Source: Syntrophobacterales bacterium
GTDB taxonomy: Bacteria > Desulfobacterota > Syntrophia > Syntrophales > UBA2210
DNA: 56,786 nucleotides
NCBI GenBank assembly: GCA_021163105.1
Contig: JAGGXJ010000079.1
Span: 1-56,786 of the forward strand
Direction of reading: 5' to 3'
Shown here: one piece after another, positions 36,594 to 46,592 of the stretch
Numbering within the stretch: position 1 is the first letter of the stretch
Layout: the number at the start of each line of letters is the position of its first letter
Translations under genes and position numbers: made by a program
Notes under the pieces: model-generated
Database searches by the model: none
What the model was told of the DNA's origin: nothing
Seen by the model: only the letters and a program-made list of their open reading frames with translations

Positions 36594-37205
36594 TTGAAAG
36601 AGGATTTGTCCATGTACATGAAATTGTTACGAAGAACGCTCTCTTTCGCTTTGCTTTTTGCAATGATTTCAGCCTGCGGGGGGTTGCGCTTCTCTCAGGT
36701 TGCTCCGGGCATTGAAGATTTTCATCCTGAAAAGATATGCGTGTTTCCGGTTTATACAGGCGCTTATACGGAAGAGGCTGAAACGGCCGACAATCTCATT
36801 GCGGATGCCGTTCGTGAACGGGGGTGTTTTTCCGGCGTTATTTCACCGGTGGATGTAACGAAACTGATGAAAAACAACGACAACCTGAAGCATATAGCGA
36901 CAGGCTACCTTGAAAAGTTGAAAAAGGTAAATTTTTCCGATCCTGATATGAGCAGATATATAGGCGAAATATGTAATGTTGATTCCCTCCTTGTTGTGGA
37001 TGTAGATTTCTGGAATTATACAACACAAGGGGACAATAAACTTGCCAAGGTTGGCTTCAGTATGAATCTGATAGAGGCGCAAACGGGAAGGGTTATGTGG
37101 AAGGCAAAACATTATGACACAAAGAGTTACAAATGGATCAAGCCGGATTTGGCTGATCTTGCAGAAGAAGTTGCGGAGGAAATGGTCTCTCATATGCCTC
37201 ATTAG
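36594..37205 (+). CDS. lipoprotein of unknown function (LpoB/DUF799-like pattern), paralog of 21235-21951
   Basis: 203 aa ORF (start probably ATG at 36612 or 36618). Lipobox MISACG. Core ICVFPVY ... VDSLLVVDV ... VGFSMNLIEAQTGRVMWKA. Confidence 0.7.
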   Translation: MKEDLSMYMKLLRRTLSFALLFAMISACGGLRFSQVAPGIEDFHPEKICVFPVYTGAYTEEAETADNLIADAVRERGCFSGVISPVDVTKLMKNNDNLKHIATGYLEKLKKVNFSDPDMSRYIGEICNVDSLLVVDVDFWNYTTQGDNKLAKVGFSMNLIEAQTGRVMWKAKHYDTKSYKWIKPDLADLAEEVAEEMVSHMPH

Positions 37206-37320
37206 GAAACTATCCTGAATACGGATATCGTAAACTATCTCGGAAAGAGAATTTCCGGGGTTGTTGGAGTTGTAGCAGTTCAATCCCGATAAATCGGGGT
37301 AAATATTTTTTGGAGGGTAA

Positions 37321-37515
<195 letters not shown>

Positions 37516-37563
37516 TCAGCTCCAGCTTTTTCTTTTACATCTTTTCCTGTGAGGCCGGATGAA

Positions 37564-38223
37564 ATGGGGTTATTTATTACATTTGAGGGAATCGAAGGTT
37601 CCGGAAAAACGACCCAGATCAGGATGGCAGGCGGGTATCTAAAAAAAAGGGGAGTGCCTTTTGTATTAACCGGTGAGCCCGGAGGCACTCCTGTAGGAAC
37701 CGAGCTGAGAAAAATTCTTCTTGATAAGACATCTCTTGCTCTGTCCTGCAGGACAGAGCTGTTGCTCTTTGCGGCGGACAGGGCTCAACATGTTGAAGAG
37801 GTTATAGGCCCTTCTCTGGAAAATGGAGAGGTGGTTCTGTGTGATCGTTTCTCCGATGCCACTGTCGCATATCAGGGCTACGGCAGAAAACAGGATATAG
37901 AACCAATACAGGCAATATGCGATTTTGCGTCCCAGTCTCTAATTTCCGATATGACGCTTCTTTTTGATATTTCCGCCGATAAGGGACTCGACAGGGTCAT
38001 AAACCGCGCGCGCGGGATGGGGAATGTTCCCCTTGAGGATCGTTTTGAGAAAGAGCACCTGAAATTTCACGAGACAATCAGAAAAGGGTATCTCGCGCTG
38101 GCAAAAGAGAATCCGGGTAGATTCCGGATTATAGATTCTTCCCAGGACATTGATGCGGTACACCGGGAAGTGTGTATCCACCTGGAGGGATTGATCGAAA
38201 GACGGGGTTATGCTGTTCAGTGA
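37564..38223 (+). CDS. tmk: dTMP (thymidylate) kinase
   Basis: The ATG at 37564 gives MGLFITFEGIEGSGKTTQ (P-loop) and the DRF..S..AYQG motif. The track ORF starts 15 nt earlier at a GTG. Confidence 0.9.
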   Translation: MGLFITFEGIEGSGKTTQIRMAGGYLKKRGVPFVLTGEPGGTPVGTELRKILLDKTSLALSCRTELLLFAADRAQHVEEVIGPSLENGEVVLCDRFSDATVAYQGYGRKQDIEPIQAICDFASQSLISDMTLLFDISADKGLDRVINRARGMGNVPLEDRFEKEHLKFHETIRKGYLALAKENPGRFRIIDSSQDIDAVHREVCIHLEGLIERRGYAVQ

Positions 38224-39193
38224 TATTTATGGTCAGGACAAACAGATAAGTGTACTGCAAAGTACCATAAAGAGAGATCGAGTCCCGCATGCTTATCTTT
38301 TTCATGGCATAAAAGGTATCGGGAAAAGAACTACGGCGAAAATCCTTGCGAAAGCTCTGAACTGCAGAGGGGAAGAAGATGATTCCTGTGACAGGTGTCC
38401 TTCATGTTTGAAGATAGAGCATGGCAATCACCCCGATGTTGTTTTTATAGAACCCGAAGGTGTCTTTATAAAGATAGATGCAATCAGAGCTCTGCAGGAT
38501 CAGATAAAATTCAGGCCGTTTGAAGGTGGGAAAAAAGTTTTTATAATAGTAGATGCGGACAGGATGAATGACCCGTCGGCTAATGCCCTCCTGAAAACCC
38601 TTGAAGAGCCGAATCCATCCAATCTCTTGATATTGACTACGGCTCGTGTCCATAAGCTTCCTCAAACAATCATATCACGGTGTCAGAAGATCAGATTTAA
38701 TCCTGTGCGGCCGGAGGTAATAAACTCTTTTCTGACAGACAGAATGTCAATGGATGAGGAATCGGCACGGGATATTGCCTCGTCGGCTGGAGGTAGCATC
38801 GGCAAGGCACTGGAAATAAGAAAGACATCATTTCTCGACTTTAAGAATGATGTGATCAAGAAACTTTCGATCGCCCGTTCTGCTCCCATGTCGTTGTTCT
38901 TTCTTGCCGGCAGTTTCGGAAAAGACAGGGATTCCGCCCTGCAGAGGCTTGACATATTAAGGGGATGGTACAGAGATATGTTAGTGTACCGGGAAACACA
39001 CGACGTCAACAAGCTGTTTCACCGGGACGTTGCCGGCTCCACGAAAAAACTTTCAGAAAGAATGGCAGGGGTTGATATTTTAGAGAGTATAAAAACCATA
39101 AGTAACGCACATGACGCCATTGAACGAAATGCCAACAGGCAATTGACACTGGAATCGATGGCATTCCGGTTAAAGACCTTCAGTCCGGCTTAA
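38210..39193 (+). CDS. holB: DNA polymerase III delta' subunit
   Basis: 327 aa. HAYLFHGIKGIGKRT, zinc module CRGEEDDSCDRCPSC, LLKTLEEP, SRCQ. tmk-holB linkage. Confidence 0.85.
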   Translation: MLFSDIYGQDKQISVLQSTIKRDRVPHAYLFHGIKGIGKRTTAKILAKALNCRGEEDDSCDRCPSCLKIEHGNHPDVVFIEPEGVFIKIDAIRALQDQIKFRPFEGGKKVFIIVDADRMNDPSANALLKTLEEPNPSNLLILTTARVHKLPQTIISRCQKIRFNPVRPEVINSFLTDRMSMDEESARDIASSAGGSIGKALEIRKTSFLDFKNDVIKKLSIARSAPMSLFFLAGSFGKDRDSALQRLDILRGWYRDMLVYRETHDVNKLFHRDVAGSTKKLSERMAGVDILESIKTISNAHDAIERNANRQLTLESMAFRLKTFSPA

Positions 39194-39197
39194 GATT

Positions 39198-40049
39198 ATG
39201 GAAGATAACCAGAGTTCTCTGAACATTATAGGCATCAGATTTAAAGACAGGGGAAAAGTGTATTCGTTCGACGCAGCTGATGTTGCTCTGAAGGAGGGAG
39301 ACAGGGCTATTGTTAATACTGAATCAGGACCGGCGATGGGAGTTGTTGCAACCGGCATTTATGTCCTTCCGCACAACAAATTGCCCCATAACCTTCAGAA
39401 GATTGTGCGCAGAGCCACAGACGAGGACATGGAGGTTCATGAAGAAAATCTGAAGACCGAGGAAGAGGCGTTACAATTCTGCATGGAGAGGATCAAAGCG
39501 AGAAATCTTTCCATGAAGCTGGTTGATGTTGAAGCGCTATTTGATAAAAGCAAACTGGTGTTTTGCTTCACCGCGGAAAACAGGGTCGATTTCAGAGAAC
39601 TGGTAAAAGATCTTGTACAGAGGTATAAAACAAGGATTGAGCTGAGGCAAATATGGGTCAGAAGTGAAGCTCGCATATATGGCGGCATAGGCATGTGCGG
39701 CAGGGAGCTATGCTGCTCCAGCTTTCTCAACAACTTTGCGCTTGTCTCGATAAAGATGGCCAAGGAACAGAATCTGCTGCTCAATCCGGAAAAGATATCC
39801 GGTCTTTGTGGCAGACTTATGTGCTGTCTTGCGTTCGAGCATGAAACCTATGTGAAGGCAAAAAAGAATATGCCTAAATGTGGAAAGATGGTGACCACCA
39901 CGGAAGGAAAAGGCAAAGTAGTAAAACAGAATATACTTGAAGAAATGGTCGTTGTGGATCTCGGTGATGGGAAAGAGGTGGAGGTGCCTGTGCATGAGAT
40001 CCAGAGGAAAGACAAAAATCGTAAACCACCAACAAAAAATCAGGGATGA
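39198..40049 (+). CDS. PSP1 domain protein (YaaT/RicT-like)
   Basis: 283 aa. VGIRFKDRGKVYSFD start and the Cys-rich GMCGRELCCSSFL...GLCGRLMCCLAFE typical of PSP1/YaaT. Follows holB as in many bacteria. Confidence 0.85.
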   Translation: MEDNQSSLNIIGIRFKDRGKVYSFDAADVALKEGDRAIVNTESGPAMGVVATGIYVLPHNKLPHNLQKIVRRATDEDMEVHEENLKTEEEALQFCMERIKARNLSMKLVDVEALFDKSKLVFCFTAENRVDFRELVKDLVQRYKTRIELRQIWVRSEARIYGGIGMCGRELCCSSFLNNFALVSIKMAKEQNLLLNPEKISGLCGRLMCCLAFEHETYVKAKKNMPKCGKMVTTTEGKGKVVKQNILEEMVVVDLGDGKEVEVPVHEIQRKDKNRKPPTKNQG

Positions 40050-40088
40050 AGGTCTGTCATGACAGACTCTGACTTTTCGGAGAGAAAC

Positions 40089-41978
40089 ATGAAAAATTTT
40101 TACATCACTACACCAATATATTATGTGAACGCATCTCCGCATATAGGACACGCATATACAACCATAGTAGCCGACACCATGGTGCGTTTTCATCGGATGG
40201 CCGGATATAAGTCTTATTTTCTGACCGGCACTGACGAACACGGAGACAAGGTCGCGGAGGCAGCCGGGGAGGCCGGCGAAACCCCTCAGGGTTATGCGGA
40301 CAGGATAAGCGGGCAATTCAGATCCCTCTGGCCGAAGCTTGCGATAACCAATGACTATTTTGTCAGAACAACGGATAAGGACCATGTGGAGGTGGTCAGA
40401 TCAATACTACAGAAGGTATATGACGCGGGGGACATTTATTTCGGTGAGTATGAGGGACATTATTGCGTTGGATGTGAGCGATTCTACAGGGAAAGCGAAC
40501 TGGTTAATGGGATGTGTCCCGATCACCACACGGTTCCCGAGACCAGGAAAGAAAGTAATTATTTCTTCAGAATGAGTAAATACCAGGACTGGCTGATCGG
40601 GCATATCAAGGATAATCCTGATTTTATCAGACCTGCGAGATATAAAAATGAGGTGCTCGCCTTTTTGAGGGAGCCGCTTGAGGATCTCTGCATATCAAGG
40701 CCCAAGACAAGGCTGACATGGGGCATTACACTTCCCTTTGATGAAAATTATGTGACTTATGTATGGTTTGACGCGCTGATAAATTATCTGACCGGGATAG
40801 GATATCCCAACAGTGAAAATTTTAAAACCTTCTGGCCCGTCTCTCAACATCTGATAGCCAAAGACATTCTCAAGCCGCATGGCATCTACTGGCCTACCAT
40901 GCTGAAGGGGGCGGGGATAGAGCCTTATCAGCATCTGAACGTGCATGGGTACTGGAACATTGACCGGAACAAGATGTCGAAAAGCCGCGGAACCGTGGTG
41001 AAACCCCTCGACCTGAAGGACAAGTACGGTTTGGATGCGTTTCGATATTTTCTCATGAGAGATATGGTCTTCGGTCTTGATTCGAATTTCAACGAGGACG
41101 CCTTTGTCCAAAGAATAAACTCCGATCTGGCGAATGACTTGGGGAACCTGGTAAGCAGGTCCCTCTCAATGGCGGCGAAATACTGTGACGGCCGGGTGCC
41201 CGATGCAGGGGATTATCCTGATGATGCGCCCCTTATCGAGAGGGCGGCAAAACTTTTTCCCGAAGTGGAAAGATTTTTCCAGTCCCTGATGTTTCATAAG
41301 GCCCTCATTTCCATATGGGACTTTATCAACATGACAAACAGATACATAGTGGAGCAGGAACCCTGGGTTCTGGCTAAAGACCCTTCTTCAAAGGCAAGGC
41401 TGGATGCGGTTATCTACAATATACTGGAGGCGCTTCGTACTATCGCCATCCTGATCTTTCCCTTTATGCCCGATTCCGCCGGGGATATCCTGACCAGACT
41501 CGGCATAAAGGATATTGAGTCGCAGAAGTTCAGCACTATCAGTACGTGGGGCGGCCTTCCGAAGGATAATTTTCTCACCCGCGGCAAATCACTGTTTCCA
41601 CGTGTGGAATATGAGAAGCCGGAGGCTCTGCCCGCGGCCGGCCTTACAGATATCAAAAAAGAGATATCCTTTCAGGATTTCGAGAAGATTGACATGAGGG
41701 TGGCGCGGATTGTTGAAGCCGAAAGGGTAAAAAAGTCAGACAAGCTGCTGAATTTGAAGATCGATGTAGGTGAAGAGAGGATTATTGTCGCCGGGATCGG
41801 CAAAGACTACAGGCCTGAAGATCTTATAGGGAAAAAGATACCCGTCATACTTAACCTGAAACCGGCGAAGCTGATGGGGGTGGAATCACACGGCATGCTT
41901 CTGGCGGCGGATGCGGGAAACAGGGTTTCACTGGTGTCCTTCGATGGCGATGCCGATGTCGGCGCAAAGATAAGTTGA
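40089..41978 (+). CDS. metG: methionine--tRNA ligase with C-terminal tRNA-binding (Trbp111/EMAP-like) domain
   Basis: The ATG at 40089 gives MKNFYITTPIYYVNASPHIGH (HIGH). KMSKS is present. C-terminal DMRVARIVEAERVKKSDKLLNLKIDVGEE. The track ORF starts 30 nt earlier. Confidence 0.9.
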   Translation: MKNFYITTPIYYVNASPHIGHAYTTIVADTMVRFHRMAGYKSYFLTGTDEHGDKVAEAAGEAGETPQGYADRISGQFRSLWPKLAITNDYFVRTTDKDHVEVVRSILQKVYDAGDIYFGEYEGHYCVGCERFYRESELVNGMCPDHHTVPETRKESNYFFRMSKYQDWLIGHIKDNPDFIRPARYKNEVLAFLREPLEDLCISRPKTRLTWGITLPFDENYVTYVWFDALINYLTGIGYPNSENFKTFWPVSQHLIAKDILKPHGIYWPTMLKGAGIEPYQHLNVHGYWNIDRNKMSKSRGTVVKPLDLKDKYGLDAFRYFLMRDMVFGLDSNFNEDAFVQRINSDLANDLGNLVSRSLSMAAKYCDGRVPDAGDYPDDAPLIERAAKLFPEVERFFQSLMFHKALISIWDFINMTNRYIVEQEPWVLAKDPSSKARLDAVIYNILEALRTIAILIFPFMPDSAGDILTRLGIKDIESQKFSTISTWGGLPKDNFLTRGKSLFPRVEYEKPEALPAAGLTDIKKEISFQDFEKIDMRVARIVEAERVKKSDKLLNLKIDVGEERIIVAGIGKDYRPEDLIGKKIPVILNLKPAKLMGVESHGMLLAADAGNRVSLVSFDGDADVGAKIS

Positions 41979-42041
41979 TATACCTATTGTCTGTGCAGTA
42001 AACATATTATACCGACCCAGCACTTTTTATGTTCGGGAATT

Positions 42042-42815
42042 ATGAAACCATGTAGATTACCGGGTATTCCGGCCATCGTTTTTTTTCTTGCCCTGTTTTT
42101 TATAACGGGATGCAGTCCACGGCAAATTCCTTCCCATAACTATCATCCGGTTACAAGTGAAAAAAAGTTGAGCCGGATGGGCTACGCCATCCAGGTTGGC
42201 GCCTTCTCAAAGGTTGAGAATGCCGCCCGGCTTGCCAATTGCTTGAATAGTGATAATCTGGACGCATATTATTTCCTTTATAAAAAAGGGTTGTACAAGG
42301 TTCGCTTCGGCAGCTTTGAATCCAGGGAACTTGCCTGCAGAGAAGCGGAAGTTCTGAAGGCAATGGGAGTTATAGATAAGTTTTATATCGTTCGCCCTGA
42401 GGATTATCCCATAACGAAAAAACAGGAATATGGGGAGACATACTTCAGGGATGAGATAGTTAAAACAGCAGGGAACTTTATCGGTATTCCTTATCAATGG
42501 GGAGGTTCTTCCGCCAAGAAGGGATTTGACTGCAGCGGACTCGCGATGGCTGTTTACAGATTGAATGGTCTGAAACTTCCACGAACGTCAGGGGAACAGT
42601 ATAAGACAGGCACCTGGGTCAGTCGTGAAAAACTGGCAAAGGGAGATCTGATATTCTTTGATACTTCTGGCAATAAAAGAATCTCCCATGTGGGAATATA
42701 TGCCGGACAGAATAAATTTATCCATGCGCCACGAACGGGCAAAACAGTGCGCACAAGTTCACTCTCAAATCAATACTACAAAAAACGATATGTCGGGGCC
42801 AGATCTTATCTGTAA
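42042..42815 (+). CDS. SPOR-domain / NlpC-P60 (C40) peptidoglycan endopeptidase lipoprotein
   Basis: 257 aa. Lipobox ITGC, SPOR-like GYAIQVGAFSKVENAARLA...YKVRFGSF, NlpC/P60 core YQWGGSS..GFDCSGL...ISHVGIY...FIHAP. Confidence 0.85.
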   Translation: MKPCRLPGIPAIVFFLALFFITGCSPRQIPSHNYHPVTSEKKLSRMGYAIQVGAFSKVENAARLANCLNSDNLDAYYFLYKKGLYKVRFGSFESRELACREAEVLKAMGVIDKFYIVRPEDYPITKKQEYGETYFRDEIVKTAGNFIGIPYQWGGSSAKKGFDCSGLAMAVYRLNGLKLPRTSGEQYKTGTWVSREKLAKGDLIFFDTSGNKRISHVGIYAGQNKFIHAPRTGKTVRTSSLSNQYYKKRYVGARSYL

Positions 42816-42955
42816 TTATGTCGGGAGCGATTGCGGGGTTGTTTCATATCCTTTGTTCGGATTCACCCATGCATGTGATTTCCGGTTGCCTGCAGGTATT
42901 GCCTGTGGTATTTCTTTCGTTACATGTGTAAAAATACAGTCTGTGAGGAAAGGAT

Positions 42956-44179
42956 ATGAAAGATAAATTTGATGTGGTAGTCGGTATCCCCTCTTACAAC
43001 GAAGCATCGACCATCGGTTACGTTACCAGGATGGCTGGAGAGGGACTTGCCAAATATTTTCCCGACGCGAGAAGCGTCATCGTTAACTGTGACAACAACA
43101 GCCCGGACGGCACTAAAGAGGCATTTCTTTCCGCGGAGATCCCCTACAGGGTTAAAAAGAAATATATCTCCACGCCGGAAGGGGTAAAGGGGAAAGGAAA
43201 CAATTTCTACAACCTCTTCCAGTTTTGCAGAGACGCAGAGGCAAAGGTTACAATTGTTGTCGATGCGGACCTTCGATCAATTACACCCAAATGGATAAAG
43301 TATCTCGGTCATCCCATAAAAGAGGGGCAGGATTTTGTCGCCCCCTTCTATTCAAGACACCAGTTTGACGCCACCATCACAAATCATCTGTGCTATCCAC
43401 TCATATTCTCCCTGGCAAGGGTTGACATCCGGCAGCCAATAGGTGGAGATTTTGCCTTCTCGCCAGGGCTCTGTTCCTACTGGCTCGACCAGGAATGGAC
43501 CGATATGACGAGACAGTATGGAATTGATATTTTCATGTCGCTTAACGCGGTTTTCGGCGGCTTCAAAATATGTGAGTCGGGACTTGGAGCCAAGGTCCAC
43601 AACGCAAGCTCTCCAAAGCTTGGAAAGATGTTCGAGGAGGTGATCTATACGCTTTTTTCAATACTCCTCCGACACCGCCACATGTGGCTGGAGGCCCCGC
43701 TGCTGGAGGATTCGCCCGATACATATCGGCCTGAGCACCCACTAAACCGGTACGGCCTTGAAAAGATGATGGAACCGCAGGACCTGTCCATAGACATCAT
43801 GGGGCTGAAGAAACAGTGCCGGGACGAATACGAAAAGTATAAGCATCTGATAAAGCAATATCTGAGCCCGTATACCTACAACAGGATCCATTATATGTTC
43901 ATGATCGACAATTATGATCTGGACACAATGCTCTGGTCACAAATTGTATACCGGTTCCTCTTTCTGTTTGACGGCGCCTCGGAAGAAACAAAACAGGAAA
44001 TTATTGATGCCCTTAAACCTCTCTATTTTGCGCGCAGTATTACTTTCGACTACACAGCCTTTCGGTACAGCGTCAATTTCGCGGAAAAGGAGATAAAAGA
44101 TCAATCGAGGGCGTTTCTGTCCCAGAAACCCTATCTGATGGGGCTATACCTGACAAAAAGTCACATATTCAGGCCCTGA
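42956..44179 (+). CDS. GT-A fold glycosyltransferase, possibly glucosyl-/mannosyl-(3-phospho)glycerate synthase-like
   Basis: 407 aa. GT-A start VVVGIPSYNEASTIG and DxD-like VVDADL. Convergent with, and 19 nt overlapping, a mannosyl-3-phosphoglycerate-phosphatase-family gene. The specific substrate assignment is inference from neighbourhood. Confidence 0.6.
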   Translation: MKDKFDVVVGIPSYNEASTIGYVTRMAGEGLAKYFPDARSVIVNCDNNSPDGTKEAFLSAEIPYRVKKKYISTPEGVKGKGNNFYNLFQFCRDAEAKVTIVVDADLRSITPKWIKYLGHPIKEGQDFVAPFYSRHQFDATITNHLCYPLIFSLARVDIRQPIGGDFAFSPGLCSYWLDQEWTDMTRQYGIDIFMSLNAVFGGFKICESGLGAKVHNASSPKLGKMFEEVIYTLFSILLRHRHMWLEAPLLEDSPDTYRPEHPLNRYGLEKMMEPQDLSIDIMGLKKQCRDEYEKYKHLIKQYLSPYTYNRIHYMFMIDNYDLDTMLWSQIVYRFLFLFDGASEETKQEIIDALKPLYFARSITFDYTAFRYSVNFAEKEIKDQSRAFLSQKPYLMGLYLTKSHIFRP

Positions 44180-44997
44180 TAGGAAGTAAGCGTATCCTTG
44201 CGGATAAGTTCAAGAACGGCCCTGTTCCAGCCTGTCGGACCGGGCTGGGGGGCGCGATAAAGCTCCGGGATGTCGATCCCCGGTTCGTAAGTACCGTCAG
44301 GCTTCTGGACCAGGACAGGATAATCAACCATTCGCAGAAACGGCAGATCGTTGACAGCATCTCCCAGCCCGACAATCAGGGCATCGGGATGCTGACGACG
44401 GTAGCAGTCTATAAGTATACCGGCGGCCGTGCCCTTGTCATTCGGGCCGCTTAAATGGTTAAATCTCCCGCCACGGGTAAGCATAAGGCCATCGGATTCA
44501 ACCAATTCTTCCAATCGCTCCCATTGAGCGTCATCCCCGTTAAACAGAAAAGGTTCATCGTATTCTCTCTCCTTTGCCATGGCGGACATATCAATTGAAA
44601 GTCCAGTAACGCGCGAGATGCTCTCCACCGGCAGAGAGTGAAACCCCTTGATTGGCAAGCCGTATTCCCAAATTATTCTGTCTAGAAATTCCGTCAACCG
44701 AGCGTAGCAAATGCCGGATTCGACGACAAGGTAACCTTCTACCATTTTGTCATAAGGCACGGGAAAGGGGAAATATCCTTCCGGTATAAAGGTACCACCC
44801 CCATTTTCCGAAACAAGGGGGTGATGATTACCGAGATCCCTGCGCAACGACTCGATTTCTTTCTTTGTTTTGCTGCTTATCATGACAAGGGGAATCTGAA
44901 GGGTAGATATCTCTTTCAGGGCATCCCCGGCAGGTTCATACGAATAGCTTTCCGCATCCAGAAGGGTGCCGTCAAGATCGGTAAAAATAATAATCAT
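44161..44997 (-). CDS. HAD-IIB phosphatase, mannosyl-/glucosyl-3-phosphoglycerate phosphatase family
   Basis: 278 aa. MIIIFTDLDGTLLD (DxDGT), ISSKT, GLGDAVNDLPFL motifs typical of the MpgP/YedP subfamily. Confidence 0.8.
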   Translation of the reverse strand: MIIIFTDLDGTLLDAESYSYEPAGDALKEISTLQIPLVMISSKTKKEIESLRRDLGNHHPLVSENGGGTFIPEGYFPFPVPYDKMVEGYLVVESGICYARLTEFLDRIIWEYGLPIKGFHSLPVESISRVTGLSIDMSAMAKEREYDEPFLFNGDDAQWERLEELVESDGLMLTRGGRFNHLSGPNDKGTAAGILIDCYRRQHPDALIVGLGDAVNDLPFLRMVDYPVLVQKPDGTYEPGIDIPELYRAPQPGPTGWNRAVLELIRKDTLTSYQGLNM

Positions 44998-45105
44998 CGT
45001 AACTCCTCTGCTCCCATGATTTCTTCTACATCATCCTCTTTTATCATATTTTACCATATCTTTGATTGACTGGGAAAAGAGCGACAGAGAAGGAATGGAT
45101 TTCTT

Positions 45106-46488
45106 CTATTTCCCAACGCAGAAATTTGAGAATATCCCGCTGAGAACATCTTCGGTTGTCGTCTCTCCGGCGATATCGCCCAGGTGGTCAAGGGCATCTC
45201 TGAGATCAAAAGCGGCCAGTTCCGGGGAACTTTCGCGGGAAATGTTCTCCCTTGCCGCGACAAGAGATTCAACAGTCTTTTCGAGAGAGATCTTGTGACG
45301 AAGGTTGGTCAGGACAATATCCGACTCCATATATTCCCCGCCATCTGATGCCAGCGACCAGATCTTTTCCTTCAATTCGGAAATACCGCCACCATATTTT
45401 GCGGATATCCACAGCGGTTCCACGCCGGGTATTATATCGGATAGCTCCGTATCCGTTATCTTGCGCGGAAGATCCGACTTGTTGATGGTCAGCACCATCC
45501 TTTTTTCCCTGTTTCTGTTTATGACCTCGATATCTTCATCTGTGAGGGGGGCATTACCGTCGATGAGAATAACAACCATGTCCGCGGCTAGAACCTTTTC
45601 CCATACAAATTTTATCCCCTCTTTTTCTATGGCCTCCGCCGACTTTCTGATTCCTGCCGTATCGGTAAGCTTTACGGGAATTCCCCTGATATTGATTGTT
45701 TCCTCAATGAAGTCCCTTGTGGTTCCCGGAATGGAGGTAACAATAGCGCGTCTCTCTCCGAGAAGCCTGTTCAGAAGACTCGATTTTCCTACATTGGGTT
45801 TTCCTGTGATTACGACATTAAGACCATCCCTGAAAAGCTTTCCCTCTTTGTATGTTGAAAGGATGCCGTTTATGCGGATGATCACATCCTCCACATCTCT
45901 GGACAGGTTGCTATGGGGACCGGTTGATATGTCTTCTTCGGTAAAATCTATCGAGGATTCAAGGGACGTGAGTATTTCAATCAGGCTGGAACGTATGGAT
46001 TGCAGTTTTTCTGACAGCTTACCTTTGAGGCTGGATAAGGCAAGGGCACGGCTCCTGTCTGTTTTTGCGGTGATCAGGTCTGCAACTGCTTCTGCCTGAG
46101 ACAGATCCAGACGGTTGTTGAGGTAGGCTCTTCTGGTAAATTCACCGGGTTCCGCTGGACGGGCTCCGACCTTTATTGTTTCATTCAAAACTGCCTGCAG
46201 GATAAGGTGCCCGCCATGACAGTTTATCTCCAAGGTGTCCTCTCCCGTGTAAGAGTGGGGAGCCCTCATAAGGGTAAGCAGCACCTCATCAATCATATCA
46301 CCCGTTTCAGGCGATATGATGTCGCCATGATACAGGTAGTGGTTTCTCAGGGGGCCGGTGTTTGCTGTCGGTCTGAACAGGGTCTGGCAGATTTTCTCCG
46401 CATCCGGACCACTTACCCTCACAATACCGATTCCTCCTACACCGTGTGGCGTGGCTATGGCCGCTATTGTGTCGTCTTTTGTCAACAT
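45106..46488 (-). CDS. mnmE: tRNA uridine-5-carboxymethylaminomethyl modification GTPase
   Basis: 460 aa. IAAIATP..GGIGIVRVSG, G-domain GKPNVGKSSLLN / DTAG, and the canonical C-terminal FCVGK. Confidence 0.95.
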   Translation of the reverse strand: MLTKDDTIAAIATPHGVGGIGIVRVSGPDAEKICQTLFRPTANTGPLRNHYLYHGDIISPETGDMIDEVLLTLMRAPHSYTGEDTLEINCHGGHLILQAVLNETIKVGARPAEPGEFTRRAYLNNRLDLSQAEAVADLITAKTDRSRALALSSLKGKLSEKLQSIRSSLIEILTSLESSIDFTEEDISTGPHSNLSRDVEDVIIRINGILSTYKEGKLFRDGLNVVITGKPNVGKSSLLNRLLGERRAIVTSIPGTTRDFIEETINIRGIPVKLTDTAGIRKSAEAIEKEGIKFVWEKVLAADMVVILIDGNAPLTDEDIEVINRNREKRMVLTINKSDLPRKITDTELSDIIPGVEPLWISAKYGGGISELKEKIWSLASDGGEYMESDIVLTNLRHKISLEKTVESLVAARENISRESSPELAAFDLRDALDHLGDIAGETTTEDVLSGIFSNFCVGK

Positions 46489-46592
46489 TGATGCATTTGT
46501 AAAAAGTCAAGATTGGACGGCAAAATAATCCCGACATGTTGAGATTTACAAAGCCGTCAACATTGCACAACAACTGTTTCCGGCATCTCAGA

